Of a stretch of DNA of 64,000 nucleotides, positions 25,189-37,086 are shown piece by piece. The position numbers and the translations under genes were made by a program. Location of the stretch: the NCBI RefSeq assembly GCF_001194135.2, contig NC_068982.1:36009931-36073930 (forward strand). The letters run 5' to 3'. A model generated the notes under the pieces. The model was not told the origin of the DNA. It did not search any database and was given only the letters and a program-made list of their open reading frames with translations. Origin of the DNA: Octopus bimaculoides (lineage: Eukaryota). How positions within the stretch are numbered: the stretch's first letter is position 1; the number at the start of each line of letters is the position of its first letter.

Positions 25189-26135
25189 GACAATTTTCAA
25201 GAAAGGCAAATGCATATTGGAGGTAAAGGATATAAAATTACACTAATTAATGATGCAAAATCATGCAACGTTTATCATACACAAATTCTTCAATACATAT
25301 TTTAAGGATTAAATGGCCTGTATGAAAAGGGCATGTCATTGAGTAGAACCCTCATAATAATAGAGTGGTCTTCTAATACATTAACCATTCTGACTTTGTT
25401 GTCAATGATAATTAGAAACCAGAAAAGGTTACACTGCACAAGATGCTAAGAATAGATGTTAAATGCACAATTCAAATATTAAGAAAAGTCATCCATAGCC
25501 TTTAGGCAATATGATATGCACTAATTTGGAATTTCTGTGACAGATAATTATGTCCTCCCTATACTATTTTCCTTGTGCCCAAAATAGACTCATGCAGCAA
25601 AGCTATCTCTGAAAATATATAATTAAGTAATAAATAATAAAACTATGAAAAATGGATGTGTTTACTGTCACAACACATGCAAGAAAAACATGGGACAAGC
25701 ACTGGCAATAATAATTTTCAGAGATCAATTAAATTGCATATTACCAGCTCACAAACCTGCTCTTCTCAATGAATGGTACAAAGTAGTCAGAAAGTATGAA
25801 ACAAGAAAAAGAAAAATAAGAAAGATAGAAAGCTTATGAATGTAAGGAAGTTAAACTAATGTCTCTATTAAAGTTGGGGACTCATTCTTCAACTCCATCT
25901 TTGTCTAAGGAAAGAATTTAACAGAACAGGAAAAAAGACTCCATCTGCTATCAGAATTAATAGTAAAGGAAAGGACTTAAAAGTTGTATTGTCCTTCACT
26001 AGATGCATTCTTAACAGAGATAAGTAACTGGTTAGAAATTGAGTTGAATGATGACAAAGATGATATCAAATCAGAGAGTAAGATTGAGAAAGATAATTAA
26101 AAACATATAGCACACCAAATAAAGCATTCAGCACA

Positions 26136-26364
26136 TTAACCCTTTATTATTTAAACCAGCCATATCCAGCCCAAATATGCTACTTGTTTTATGTTCTAAC
26201 CAGCCAGATCCAGCCAATCACACCTACCCTTCAATGCCATTCTAAAAATATACAATCATATCATCAAAATTTCATAGCTGTGAGATAATGCGTAATTAAT
26301 TCAAAACAATGTGAATGAAAAGAACATTATATTTGACAGAATGATCCAAATGCTAAAGGGTTAA
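26136..26364 (-). mobile_element. piggyBac-like MITE
   Basis: TTAACCCTTT ... AATGCTAAAGGGTTAA, reverse orientation. Confidence 0.78.
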
Positions 26365-26744
26365 TATTATCAGAGTATCCCTAACTAATACAGAAAATAT
26401 GTTACAAATTATTCTTCAGAAAGAACTCTGTATGGTTTGAAATCTATCAATTAAGTTGAAGGATTTTGTTCCATATGAAAGGCAAGTGTATAATACAAGT
26501 ACTTAAAGCATGCCTAGGACATTAGTTGTATGTCATAGATATACAAAAAAGAAACAAATAAACAAAAACTTTATAAAAAAAAAGATAAAAGGGTTTATCA
26601 ATGTCATGTAAATGGAACAAACACTTTTGCTATGATGACTGAGGTTCCAACTAGTACTTCACAGCCACAGTCATTTCAAATAAAATGAAACTAGAACCGA
26701 GAGACTATGTTAGCCTTATTCAAAAGATATTTCAAACAACATAC

Positions 26745-26817
26745 GTCTAAATGCTGCTTCAGGAATGCGTTTCCCTTCAGCTGGTCTATGAATTTGTTTT
26801 TCCTGATGACTGTCAAA
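26745..26817 (-). CDS. MAN1B1: MAN1B1 exon 4 (stem, FDSHQEKQIHRPAEGKRIPEAAFR)
   Basis: ttcttttgtag|TTT ... AGAC|GTATGT, 73 nt. Supplies exactly the phase-1 donor needed by exon 5 (C+TT = Leu). Confidence 0.82.
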
Positions 26818-26939
26818 CTACAAAAGAAAACAGAGAGAAACAAAATTAGGAAAAGATGTAAAGATCTTACTGTAAAACATTAATAATGAAAAAAGACAAA
26901 ATATATTAGGAATGATACTAAAAGAAGGCAAACTATTAC

Positions 26940-27014
26940 CTTAAGAGGTACTTCAGGTGGCTGTAACACAATCTGTTCACCTCCTCTTTGAATAGGCATT
27001 TGTTGTTGAGCTCT
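26940..27014 (-). CDS. MAN1B1: MAN1B1 exon 3 (stem, RAQQQMPIQRGGEQIVLQPPEVPLK)
   Basis: tttttacag|AGA ... AAG|GTAATA, 75 nt, phase 0/0, open frame. Stem sequence has no recognisable homology, so support is from splice signals and phase. Confidence 0.78.
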
Positions 27015-28833
27015 CTGTAAAAATAAAACTTTTATTTTTTAGAATATCTATATTATACCAATTCTTCCAATACACAAAACCACACACACACCATTGATAC
27101 TTATTCTTCTCTACAATGATCTACTCATTGCTACTTCAAATGAAACATACTCCTACACAGACAATGCCATACTTCACTTATGCTTAACCCATCATAAAGA
27201 GTCTCAACTATAGTCAAACTGGACATCTCAATCCAGATTTGAATGAATTCCATGTAAAAATGCTTTGTAAACTTTTTGCAATAAGGCCATCACAACTTAA
27301 TGTTATTGACAACATCAAGGAACAATAAACTTCGTACATGAACAACAGAGTTAAAGTCTCCACTCCTGTAATCTCCTAATATAATAATGAGCATAGTGTT
27401 TTTATATATTTGTATGTATGTATATATTTGTCCAGAATCATGCTGGACACAGGGGAGGAGAGGAAATAGTAACTCAGTGAAGGAGAAGTAGTGAGAGTAA
27501 TAGCCCTGACTGGGAGGGAGTGAGAGAAAATAAAAGCAATGAGAGAAAGGAAGGGGTGATAGATGAATAAGGAAGGAAAGGGCGAAAACAAAAAAAATCA
27601 GCATTTCACCTCTGTGTGAGTGACTGTGTATGTGTGTGCATGTACTAGGGAAGTATGTGAATGTTTGTATGTGTGATTATTATGTACCTTATTTATATAT
27701 AAAATACTACAATTAGCTGTTATTATTGACAGCATGTGGCCAGCTAGTAAATATTAGATCTCACAATTTCAGATCATTTATAGGATTCATAAAAACCTCA
27801 AGTCTACAGCATTATTCAAATGGATCTCAAAGGCTAGATTCTCACTTTTAAGCTAAAAGATACTTCAGTTATGAATAGTTGTTGATTATACCAAGCACAA
27901 ATGCAACTTGTATGAGATTAATATACATATATGAGATGTAAAGCTACTATTCACACACAATTTAGACTGCATCCTGGAAAAGGTTATCGAGCAGATTGGT
28001 TAAGATACTTTCTCCAACACATATGATGATCATACCAACACTGTATTCTCCCTGTTTTGTCTATAATGGTTCCTGTTCTGCTAAATAAGTAAGATATGAA
28101 CAATTCTGTCCAAATGTACTGGATCTACCAATCTCCCCTTCTCTTGTTATCATTGCTACCTTATCACTCAAACTCCAAACTAAGCACCAGTTCAATGATT
28201 CCTCCCCAAAACTACAATTCTGTCAAACTTATTCTTTGTCCAAATTTCCCCTTCAAGTATTAATATGAATAAGTTCAAGCAGAACGTCAGTAATAGTTAT
28301 AGACATTGTCCATCTTCCTGGGAATACATTCAAAATAATCAATGGAGATAGAAAGTAAAATTTCCTCAAAATGTTCAAGATTATCAGGGAATTATTTAGT
28401 GAAGAACATTACTACAAGATTAAAGACAAGCTTTAGGTGTTATTCATAATTATTATAATTACTACCTGAATAGACATGTGATCTACTGTGAGCAGTTGTA
28501 TTGCCACCAACCAGGCGGGAAAGCAAAAACAAAGATCAGGAGATAGAAATAAGAGGATCTCTTTTAATGATTTGTAGAAAGCCTTCCAGCAAGCCTTCAG
28601 TCATGTCTAGCAAATGAATCTATCAAAGTTGTCCATTTTACACCAGTGTGGTGTGTGCTAATGGACTCTCACAAAACCAGTGTGCCTCAAAGTCTGATTT
28701 TGTCCTTTACATTCTTCTTCCAATGCATTAACAACCTACTTCCTGTCACTCTTCATTCTTCCTTAACTTCCTAGCTAGTATCATCCACATAACTAGAAAA
28801 AAATAAGAGAGAGAGAGAAGGAAAAATACTTAC

Positions 28834-29076
28834 CTGTATCTCATTAACCTGTTGCTTTGCCTTGTTTTGTTCTTCTAATTCATTCAGCAGTTTAGAACGC
28901 AACATTTTGCTTTGGGATTGGAAGAATGACTGCTTCTTCTTCAGTAATTCATTCATTTCTTTGTTTTTGGTTCTTTCAAGTTGGATAACAGGAATTATAT
29001 ACAGTGCTGACAAGACACCCAGTAGCAGCACCAGTACAATGACACTGCGCTGCATTTGCGAAAGGCGCTTCCACAT
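28834..29076 (-). CDS. MAN1B1: MAN1B1 exon 2 (type II TM anchor plus start of stem)
   Basis: ctacag|ATGTGG ... CAG|GTAAGT, 243 nt. MWKRLSQMQRS followed by hydrophobic VIVLVLLLGVLSALYIIPVI and a K/E/Q-rich stem. Confidence 0.93.
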
Positions 29077-29424
29077 CTGTAGGTGAAGAAATAAAAATCA
29101 GATCATAACAAGAATACAAATTGGCAAAAAATAATGCTCAGTTAACAGTCAGATAATTGATATCCTTGAATATACCTGTAATGTTCTGTACATCATTACA
29201 AGTTTTTTTAATTATTTTTTCATTCAACAAGATGGTTAGATAAAATCCACAGTCTAGGTTGGTTACATTTGGGAATCCAATGATAGTTGCCGCTGATAGG
29301 AGCCTGTGGAGGAGGTGCCTGAAGGGTCTATCTCCATGATCCTCCCAGGAATAGCAAGCAGAGAAAATGGATGAATGGACCATTACATGTTTTTAGACAT
29401 ACTTGAAGACTGAAGGCAAAATAA

Positions 29425-29805
29425 ATCATCATCATCATTGTCCTTTAACGTCCGTTTTTCTATGCTGGCATGGGTTGGATGGTTTGACGGGAACTGGCAA
29501 GCCAGAGAGCTGCACCAGGTTCCTGTCTGATTTGGCTTGGCTTCTACAGCCACCAGCATGAGCGCTTTCAGCACAGGACTCTTGCAGGCCAATCCTCTTT
29601 ACCAGGGGATGTGATATGAACACTTCTGCTATGGATGACAGCAAGGTGCCAAGTATCTTAGCCCTTTGTCATCTCATCTGAAGGTTCAGCATTCTGAGGG
29701 CATCCTTCAGTACTTTGTCCCATGTCTTCTTGGGTCTCCATCTTCCATGAGTTCCATCCACTTTGAGTGAACGACACTGCTTTATGGAGCTGTCAGCATC
29801 CATCT
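29425..29805 (-). mobile_element. RTE LINE 3' fragment
   Basis: Minus strand RWRPKKTWDKVLKDALRMLNL followed by the family 3' end and GAT tail. Confidence 0.75.
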
Positions 29806-29807
29806 GT

Positions 29808-29851
<44 letters not shown>

Positions 29852-29982
29852 ATATAATATAATATAGGATAAAATCTTTATAAGAATTTATCAAGTAGTC
29901 AGCATGAAAAAACCCATCTTTTTTTCTGTAAATATATATAATTTATATAAGGGCGGCATTATTATATAGTAATGCCCTTATA

Positions 29983-30514
29983 NNNNNNNNNNNNNNNNNN
30001 NNNNNNNNNNNNNNNNNNNNNNNNNNNNNNNNNNNNNNNNNNNNNNNNNNNNNNNNNNNNNNNNNNNNNNNNNNNNNNNNNNNNNNNNNNNNNNNNNNNN
30101 NNNNNNNNNNNNNNNNNNNNNNNNNNNNNNNNNNNNNNNNNNNNNNNNNNNNNNNNNNNNNNNNNNNNNNNNNNNNNNNNNNNNNNNNNNNNNNNNNNNN
30201 NNNNNNNNNNNNNNNNNNNNNNNNNNNNNNNNNNNNNNNNNNNNNNNNNNNNNNNNNNNNNNNNNNNNNNNNNNNNNNNNNNNNNNNNNNNNNNNNNNNN
30301 NNNNNNNNNNNNNNNNNNNNNNNNNNNNNNNNNNNNNNNNNNNNNNNNNNNNNNNNNNNNNNNNNNNNNNNNNNNNNNNNNNNNNNNNNNNNNNNNNNNN
30401 NNNNNNNNNNNNNNNNNNNNNNNNNNNNNNNNNNNNNNNNNNNNNNNNNNNNNNNNNNNNNNNNNNNNNNNNNNNNNNNNNNNNNNNNNNNNNNNNNNNN
30501 NNNNNNNNNNNNNN
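29983..30514. other. Assembly gap (N run)
   Basis: N bases. Confidence 1.
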
Positions 30515-31261
30515 AAACACAGGGAGTGATGGGTAAATTGTCACCATTTCATATTTTTAATTTCGTGCATGCGCATCGTTTGTTTTTGATTTTGTCAACT
30601 ACACAGTATAGTAGGGTGAGTTGGACACCATCTGTGAGAAAAACAGCATCATGACGCAATTCACTCTGCCAGAAATTTGGAAATGACATGCCGTACTGCT
30701 TGGCATTCGCACTGGAAGCTCCAATACAAACATTTCAGAGTGTTTAGGTGCCATTCTGAGGACACATGCCGAGAGTGATAAAAATCAAACATTCAGCCAA
30801 CATCATGGTGTTTGGAGTGATTACTAGTGACAGTGATGTAACGCCTCCATTGATCTTCCCACGCGGCCTCAGACTCAACACGGAGGCCTACATCAAGTGC
30901 CTAGAAGAGGTAGTGCTGCTCTGGGTTAAGAAGGTGGCTGCTGGAAGACCCTACGTCTGGCAAAAGGACTCTGCACCATGCCACACAAGCAAGAGAATCC
31001 AGTCATGGCAGTCAGACAATTTCTGTGATCACATACCCACTAACTCCCCACACTGCAAACCCCTTAATTATTATGTGTGGTTCACAGCTGAGCAAGAGAC
31101 CAACAAAACTCCTTATAACACCAAGATGAACTGAAGGGAAGGATTATGACAGCATTCACCAACTTAAACAAGAAGGCCATCCAGAAGAGTTGCAGGAGAT
31201 TCCAAAGTTGTCTGGAGGTTGTAGCTGAAGCCAATGGCAATTTTATTGAATAAATTTACTC

Positions 31262-32032
31262 GGATCTAGTTCAAAACGGGGGCGCCAGTATTTTCTTAAC
31301 GAAACACTTTGAAACTTGGGACACTGGTAGAATGTGTCATATAAAACATCTTTTTCTCTTAGTCTTCTTAAGAAAAATTATTATATTGCAACTTATTTCA
31401 TGTTAAAGTTGTTGTATTTCTGTAATTTCAACCAATGACTGACGTCCATTCAGCCGAATGCAGTAAGTGCTGACTACATAAACAAACGATTCTCAAACGA
31501 TTCTGGCGGTGATAAAATTATTATTTCCTTGTCAAAAAGTGGCTGAAGAATATTGGCAATAGCTAATAANNNNNNNNNNNNNNNNNNNNNNNNNNNNNNN
31601 NNNNNNNNNNNNNNNNNNNNNNNNNNNNNNNNNNNNNNNNNNNNNNNNNNNNNNNNNNNNNNNNNNNNNNNNNNNNNNNNNNNNNNNNNNNNNNNNNNNN
31701 NNNNNNNNNNNNNNNNNNNNNNNNNNNNNNNNNNNNNNNNNNNNNNNNNNNNNNNNNNNNNNNNNNNNNNNNNNNNNNNNNNNNNNNNNNNNNNNNNNNN
31801 NNNNNNNNNNNNNNNNNNNNNNNGTAACTGTAAACAGCTGAATACTTGTCAGTGATTGGTTGAAATTATTGAAATAAGACAATTTTTTACATGAAATAAC
31901 TTCGAATACAAAACTTTTTTTCTGTTCTATAACACAAAATAGATAAGTATACAAAGTTTGAAAGTCTTTCGGTACCAAAAACACTACATAAAACATAAAT
32001 GAAAACTGGTGCCCCCGTTTTGAACTAGATCC
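31262..32032. mobile_element. Non-autonomous TIR element with 8-bp TSD (Merlin-like candidate), contains a gap
   Basis: TIR GGATCTAGTTCAAAACGGGGGC(G/A)CCAGT, 27/28 identical; TSD ATTTACTC (31254-31261, 32033-32040). Superfamily inferred only from GG ends plus 8-bp TSD. Confidence 0.85.
31570..31823. other. Assembly gap (N run)
   Basis: N bases, inside the 31262-32032 TIR element. Confidence 1.
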
Positions 32033-32382
32033 ATTTACTCTTTAGTATTTCAAGATATTTTTATGTAATTTTGGTAAATATATCTGTTAAAATGAGATGT
32101 CAGTATTATTTTCATTTTTGTGTAATTTAGACGACAGTTTATTCACTGCACCCTGTATATATATTTGTATATGCACACACACATTTATAGATACATACTT
32201 AGTGGTTAGACTGTTGCACTCACAATCACTATTTCATGGGTTTGATTCCCAAAGTAGGTGGTGTGTTGCGTTCTTCAGCAAAACACTGAAAAGCACATTG
32301 TGACCAGTGAGGTGTAACATCTGATAGTCTGATCAGTCACATGAAAATATGATAATTTTATATATATATATACACACACACA

Positions 32383-32790
32383 CAGGTACAGGCATGGCTG
32401 TGTGGTAAGAAGCTTGCTTCCCAACCACATGGTTCTGGGTTCAGTCCCAATGCATGGCATTCTGGGCAAGTGTCTTCTACTATAGTCTCTGGCCGACCAA
32501 ACTCTTGTGAGTAGATTTGGTAGATGGAAACTGAAAGAAGCTCTTTGTATATATATATATATATATATACATATATTTATTCACATGTGTGTGTATCTTT
32601 GTGGCTGTGTTTGCTTCTCCCCCCGCCACCATTGCTTAACAACAGATGTTAGTGTTTACATCCCCATAACTTAGTGGTTTGGAAAAGAGACTGATAGAAT
32701 AAGTAAGTACAAGGCTTACAAAGAATAACTAAAACCATTTAAGGTGGTGCTGCAGCATGGCTGCAGCCAAATGACTGAAACATGTAAAAG
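32383..32790 (+). mobile_element. Abundant SINE, full length
   Basis: Head, internal (TA)n, 3' half ending GACTGAAAC..TAAAAGAATAAA. Confidence 0.82.
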
Positions 32791-33534
32791 AATAAACACA
32801 CACTCACACATATCATCATCAATCAGTTGGATGACTTGCCTGGACTAATAAGTCATATTGGTTTTTTGATAGCTGAATGTCTCATCTGTGGACATGACAG
32901 CAGTAGTTTGCAAACAGAAATGATTGATTCTCCTGGTCACTGACAGTCTGTTGACTGTTCATCTGCTCACCATCTACTGACATTTGCCATTTATTCAATA
33001 AGCTCATCTGCTGAAATAGTTTACATCCATCATACTGATTCCCATGATTTCAATGTAACCCTGTCTCGGGTGGTTAGCAAGTGCTTAACCTTGTCAAGGG
33101 GCTCCCCATGATTTGCTAACCTCTAATTAACCCAAAGCTGAGATCCTGAAAGGTGCTACTACTCTAGGTCAGAGTAGACCTAGGAACAATAGCAGCTAAG
33201 AGGTGGTTCTGCATTCCTCAAAACTTTGGAACTCCTGAACCAGGGACCCACTAATGGATGCGGGTCATACTCAGAACTTAATACACAGATATATATATAT
33301 AAAAAGACCCTCTTTGGTCATGAATGGCCATGGGACTGCACCTAGAAACCTCCCCTCTGAGGCACAAGTCCGGGCAAGGTTGTTTATGGAAAACTAGCAG
33401 TTACCCATGCATACCAACCTTCCCTTAAGTTATAGACTAGTTTCATCAAGTTAAAAAGTAAAAGAAATACAAGATTATTTTTAACTTATAACTGTTGTCA
33501 TATGAATATGTGTGAATGTAGTAAATGTTCAATA

Positions 33535-35006
33535 CAGTGATACCTTGCAGTACGAGTTTAACTTATTCCATGACCGAGCTTGTTTTACGATTTACTTGTT
33601 TTACAAATCAATTTTCCCCATTGAAATTAAAATATAACTAATCCATTCCAGCCCAACAAAACCACTTTTTTATAGGCTTTAACACAGAAATGGTGTAGTT
33701 TCTAGGAAAATGACAATTGTAAAATCAGAATAAAAGAAAATGCAAAAGAAATATGTAAAGTGGTTTTATAAATTTAATTACCTCAAAGATGGGATGATTT
33801 GTGTGTGAGGAAGACGATGGGGCAGGGAGGAGGAGGATTATTGTTTGGAAGGAGAATCTCTTTCCATTATGACTGCAGGAAGAAAGAACAATTTCTGACA
33901 TTTTCTCTCACACTTTGCTTAATTTAGGCATTTTGGACACACTTTCTTCACTTTTCACACTTGCAGGTTGTTTCATTAAAAACATCAAGAGAAGTTTGCT
34001 TTTTCCTGCCTTTCAAAATGTTACGAAAATGTTCCAGAGCAGTGTCATTAAATAAAGCACAACTTGTAAATATGTTTTCTGGATGATATTTTTCATTCAG
34101 AAACATACTGCCACTTTGTCAACACTGCCTTTATGTCACTCGTAGAGATAGCCTTCTCTGCTACACTGTCCTCCTCCGGAGAACCAATGTTGTCCACCGC
34201 ATCCGAATGTTGCTGCACCTGAAGCTGCAGGAGTTTGTGTTGTAAGCTCTTCTGAGTATTCCTTGATGAGATCATTAATGTTCCCTGGACTTGCCAAGAG
34301 ACACTATCTCCTTGACTACAAGTGTCTCACACTCAAACCCTTCAAAGTCCCTTTTGCATATGCAGTCAGACCACAGTTTCCTCCTTGTAGAATTCAGCGT
34401 TCTCTTTGTTACACCCTGCTAGGCCATATCGATGGTTTTCAGACAGTTAACAACATTGTAGTCTCCACAATCGAATCCCCTGGGAGTTGATCTTCATTGA
34501 TTCACAGGAGAAGCAATTTTTCCATCTCTTTGTGGATAGATGTGCGTTGTAACAGCCTTGATCTTGTCCTTTTTCTTCAGGATGGTGCAGATCATTGACA
34601 TACTTTGGTCATATTGACATGCTATGTCCACTACACACACTCCTCTCTCAAGTTTATCAATGATTTCCTTCTTCAATTCTATCATAATCAGCTTTTTCTT
34701 TTTCTCAACATTGTCTTTTGCACTAACCTTCTTGGGACCAATAGCTAACACATTAGCTATTATAAAATAATAGCAAAAAATGCACAGAACTAAAAAAAAA
34801 CTCTGGGAAAAACACAACAAGATAAACATGTGAACTGAGCGATTGGGAGACTGTGTACGAGCTTAGTGTTAACTAGTGGTCACTTGTATGAAACTTGCTT
34901 GTAGTGTGGATTTCCAGTCGTACTTCAAGACAAAAATATGCATGAGCCTAGGCTCATACAGCAAATTACTCGTACAATGGTGCACTTGTACTGCAAGGTT
35001 CTATTG
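33535..35006 (-). mobile_element. Tigger/pogo transposon, internally deleted
   Basis: TA flanks and about 23-bp TIRs sharing ACCTTGCAGTAC. CENP-B-like HTH GPKKVSAKDNVEKKKK..ELKKEIIDK. C-terminal GVTKRTLNS..RDFEGFE and HFRNILKGRKKQTSLD. The DDE core is absent. Confidence 0.88.
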
Positions 35007-35085
35007 TATACAGTTGTAGCTAAGAAGGAACTTATTTAATTTGACAAGTAGTTCAAAGAAAACTAACGGCACAGAGTATCTAGAA

Positions 35086-35354
35086 CAGTGTTTCTCAACC
35101 ATTTTTTTTTGTTACCTATGGACCCCATTGATTCCTAATTTCACTCTACTAAACACCCCCCACCCCATAGCCATTTGATACTTAAAGCTCCTATTACATT
35201 TTTTGAATTAAATATCATTAGAAATTGTTTTGTAAAAATTGTTAAAATGTTTTGTACATTGCAGAAGTATAACCAACTTAATGCACATACATTTTAACAA
35301 CAAAATCTTATATGGATCCCACAGGGTTATATGGATCATTGTTGAGAACCACTG
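35086..35354. mobile_element. Charlie-type hAT MITE
   Basis: TIR CAGTG(T/G)TTCTCAAC, exact 8-bp TSD ATCTAGAA (35078-35085, 35355-35362), fitting the NTCTAGAN target preference. Confidence 0.88.
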
Positions 35355-36847
35355 ATCTAGAATGACTACATGATGAAGAATATTTTCATGTTTTAATTAA
35401 TCCAATGAAATCAAACACCAACAGTCGAAACTATTTTAAGCAGCTGTTCTTTGATGGTTGTATCAAAATATTTTAGCTGAGGCTATTAGGAGGCTGAAAT
35501 AAAATACAAAATTATTTTCTTTTTCAATTAGCAACTGTCCTAGATTGGTTTATAAACATAATGGAAATGAGTAAGCTTAAGAAATATGATTTAAAACTAA
35601 TTAAGGAAAGGAAAGTTTACATGAAAATAGTCAAATCCTATGGGAAACTTGCCAGTTTAAGGTTTGGGTTAAGTTATCAATATTCCATTATCAATATTCT
35701 TATGGCTTCTTTTACATACAGTAATTTAGCAGTTTCTCTATCAGACTCAGCTTACTTTGATTAATTGTGACTATTTTAAGTTTTTCTAGTTTTCCTCGGT
35801 GTACTTCTATTCAAATTACTATTTATATCTGTTAGCTACTGCAGATTTTGAATGTAACTATATTTTACTGGAAGCTTTAGTTTAATATGGTAGTAAACAA
35901 CTATTTTTAAAACAGCTGTAGCATCTTGAAATTAGAAGAAAGTAGCCAGGACTAATTAAGAGATAGTAAAATCCAAAGATATTGACAAAACAGTGAAAAC
36001 CATCATGATCTATATAAATATTAGATTCACAATCTCTTGTGATCTTTCATAACAACCACACAGACTCCATTGCAAAGATTATATTTTCTCAAAGACAGAA
36101 ATTCAATCTTAAATGGTAGCTGACACTATGAAACATATATGCACCTTTCACTAGTGTAGGACTCATGTACCTAGCATAATGCTAGGTACGATTTGGACCT
36201 TTCTCAAAGTAAAAGGTATTGTAGGACAATCCCAAATATTTCTGACTGAGAAAACTTAATGCATGTTACACAGCTGGGCAAATACTAAATGTGAACCACA
36301 GATCCACTGCTCCAGTAATACCTGCCTGAGCTTAGTTTGGCGGTTTGGGTATCTTTTACTTGTTTCAGTCTGGGGTACTGCCTTAAAAGGTTTAGTCAAA
36401 CAAAGTGACCCAGTACTTATTTTTAAAGTCTGATATTTGTTCTATCAGTCTCTTTTGCAGAACCACCAAGTTATGGGGATGTAAACAAATCAACACTGGT
36501 TGTCAAGCAGAGGTGGTGAGGGATCAAACACAAAGAGACACACACACATATATGTACTCACCTCTTCAGCAAGACACCTGCTCCTCTCCTATCAGTTTCT
36601 TATTCCTCTCGTCTATACTTTGCTCAGTCAAGGGGTCTTATCTTGTGGGCATTTGGTGACTTTTCCTGAGCTGCTGCTACATAAAAAGTGCCCAGTACAC
36701 TCTGTTAAATGGTTGACATAAGGAAGGGCATCCAGCTGTGGAAATCATGCCAAAACAGACATAGAACCTGGTGGAGCCCTCTAGCTTGTTTGTTCTTAAA
36801 CCAGCCAATCCATGCCAGCATGGAAAAAAGGACATTAAATGATAATG

Positions 36848-36879
<32 letters not shown>

Positions 36880-36885
36880 GTATGT

Positions 36886-37086
36886 TATTTCTTTATTGTC
36901 CACAAAGAGCTAAACACAGAGGGGACAAACAAGGACAGACAAAAGGATTAAATCGATTACATCAACACCAGTGCATAACTAGTACTTAATTTATCGACCC
37001 CGAAAGGATGAAAGGGAAAGTTGACCTCGGCGGAATTTGAACTCAGAACGTAACATCAGACGAAATACTGCAAAGCATTTCGCCCG
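36886..37086 (-). mobile_element. Second SINE family (CTTTCATCCTTTCGGGGTCGATAAA central motif), young copy
   Basis: CpG-intact copy; older copies at ~598-795, 44864-45078, 45094-45289 and 58095-58290. The central motif resembles the Deu/Nin-type SINE domain (recalled, unverified). Confidence 0.75.

Larger units (their letters stand above)
30520..32155 (+). mobile_element. mariner-like (probably maT/DD37D) transposon, internally deleted
   Basis: CAGGG termini, TA at the right end. N-terminal MTQFTLPEIWK from 30651 joins MPRVIK..KHSANIMVFG..YVWQKDSAPCHT..NSPHCKPLNYYVW..EANGNFIE*. The HTH and first catalytic Asp are missing. The subfamily call is from motif recall. Confidence 0.82.

Noticed and set aside
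25860-26100. Possible extra MAN1B1 stem exon in intron 4
   Set aside because: The candidate acceptors I tested lead to stop codons in the required phase; exons 4 and 5 already join in frame.
29972-30547. Long ORFs in the track spanning N runs (also 31532-31996, 41357-42124, 58393-59391)
   Set aside because: Artefacts of translating assembly gaps.
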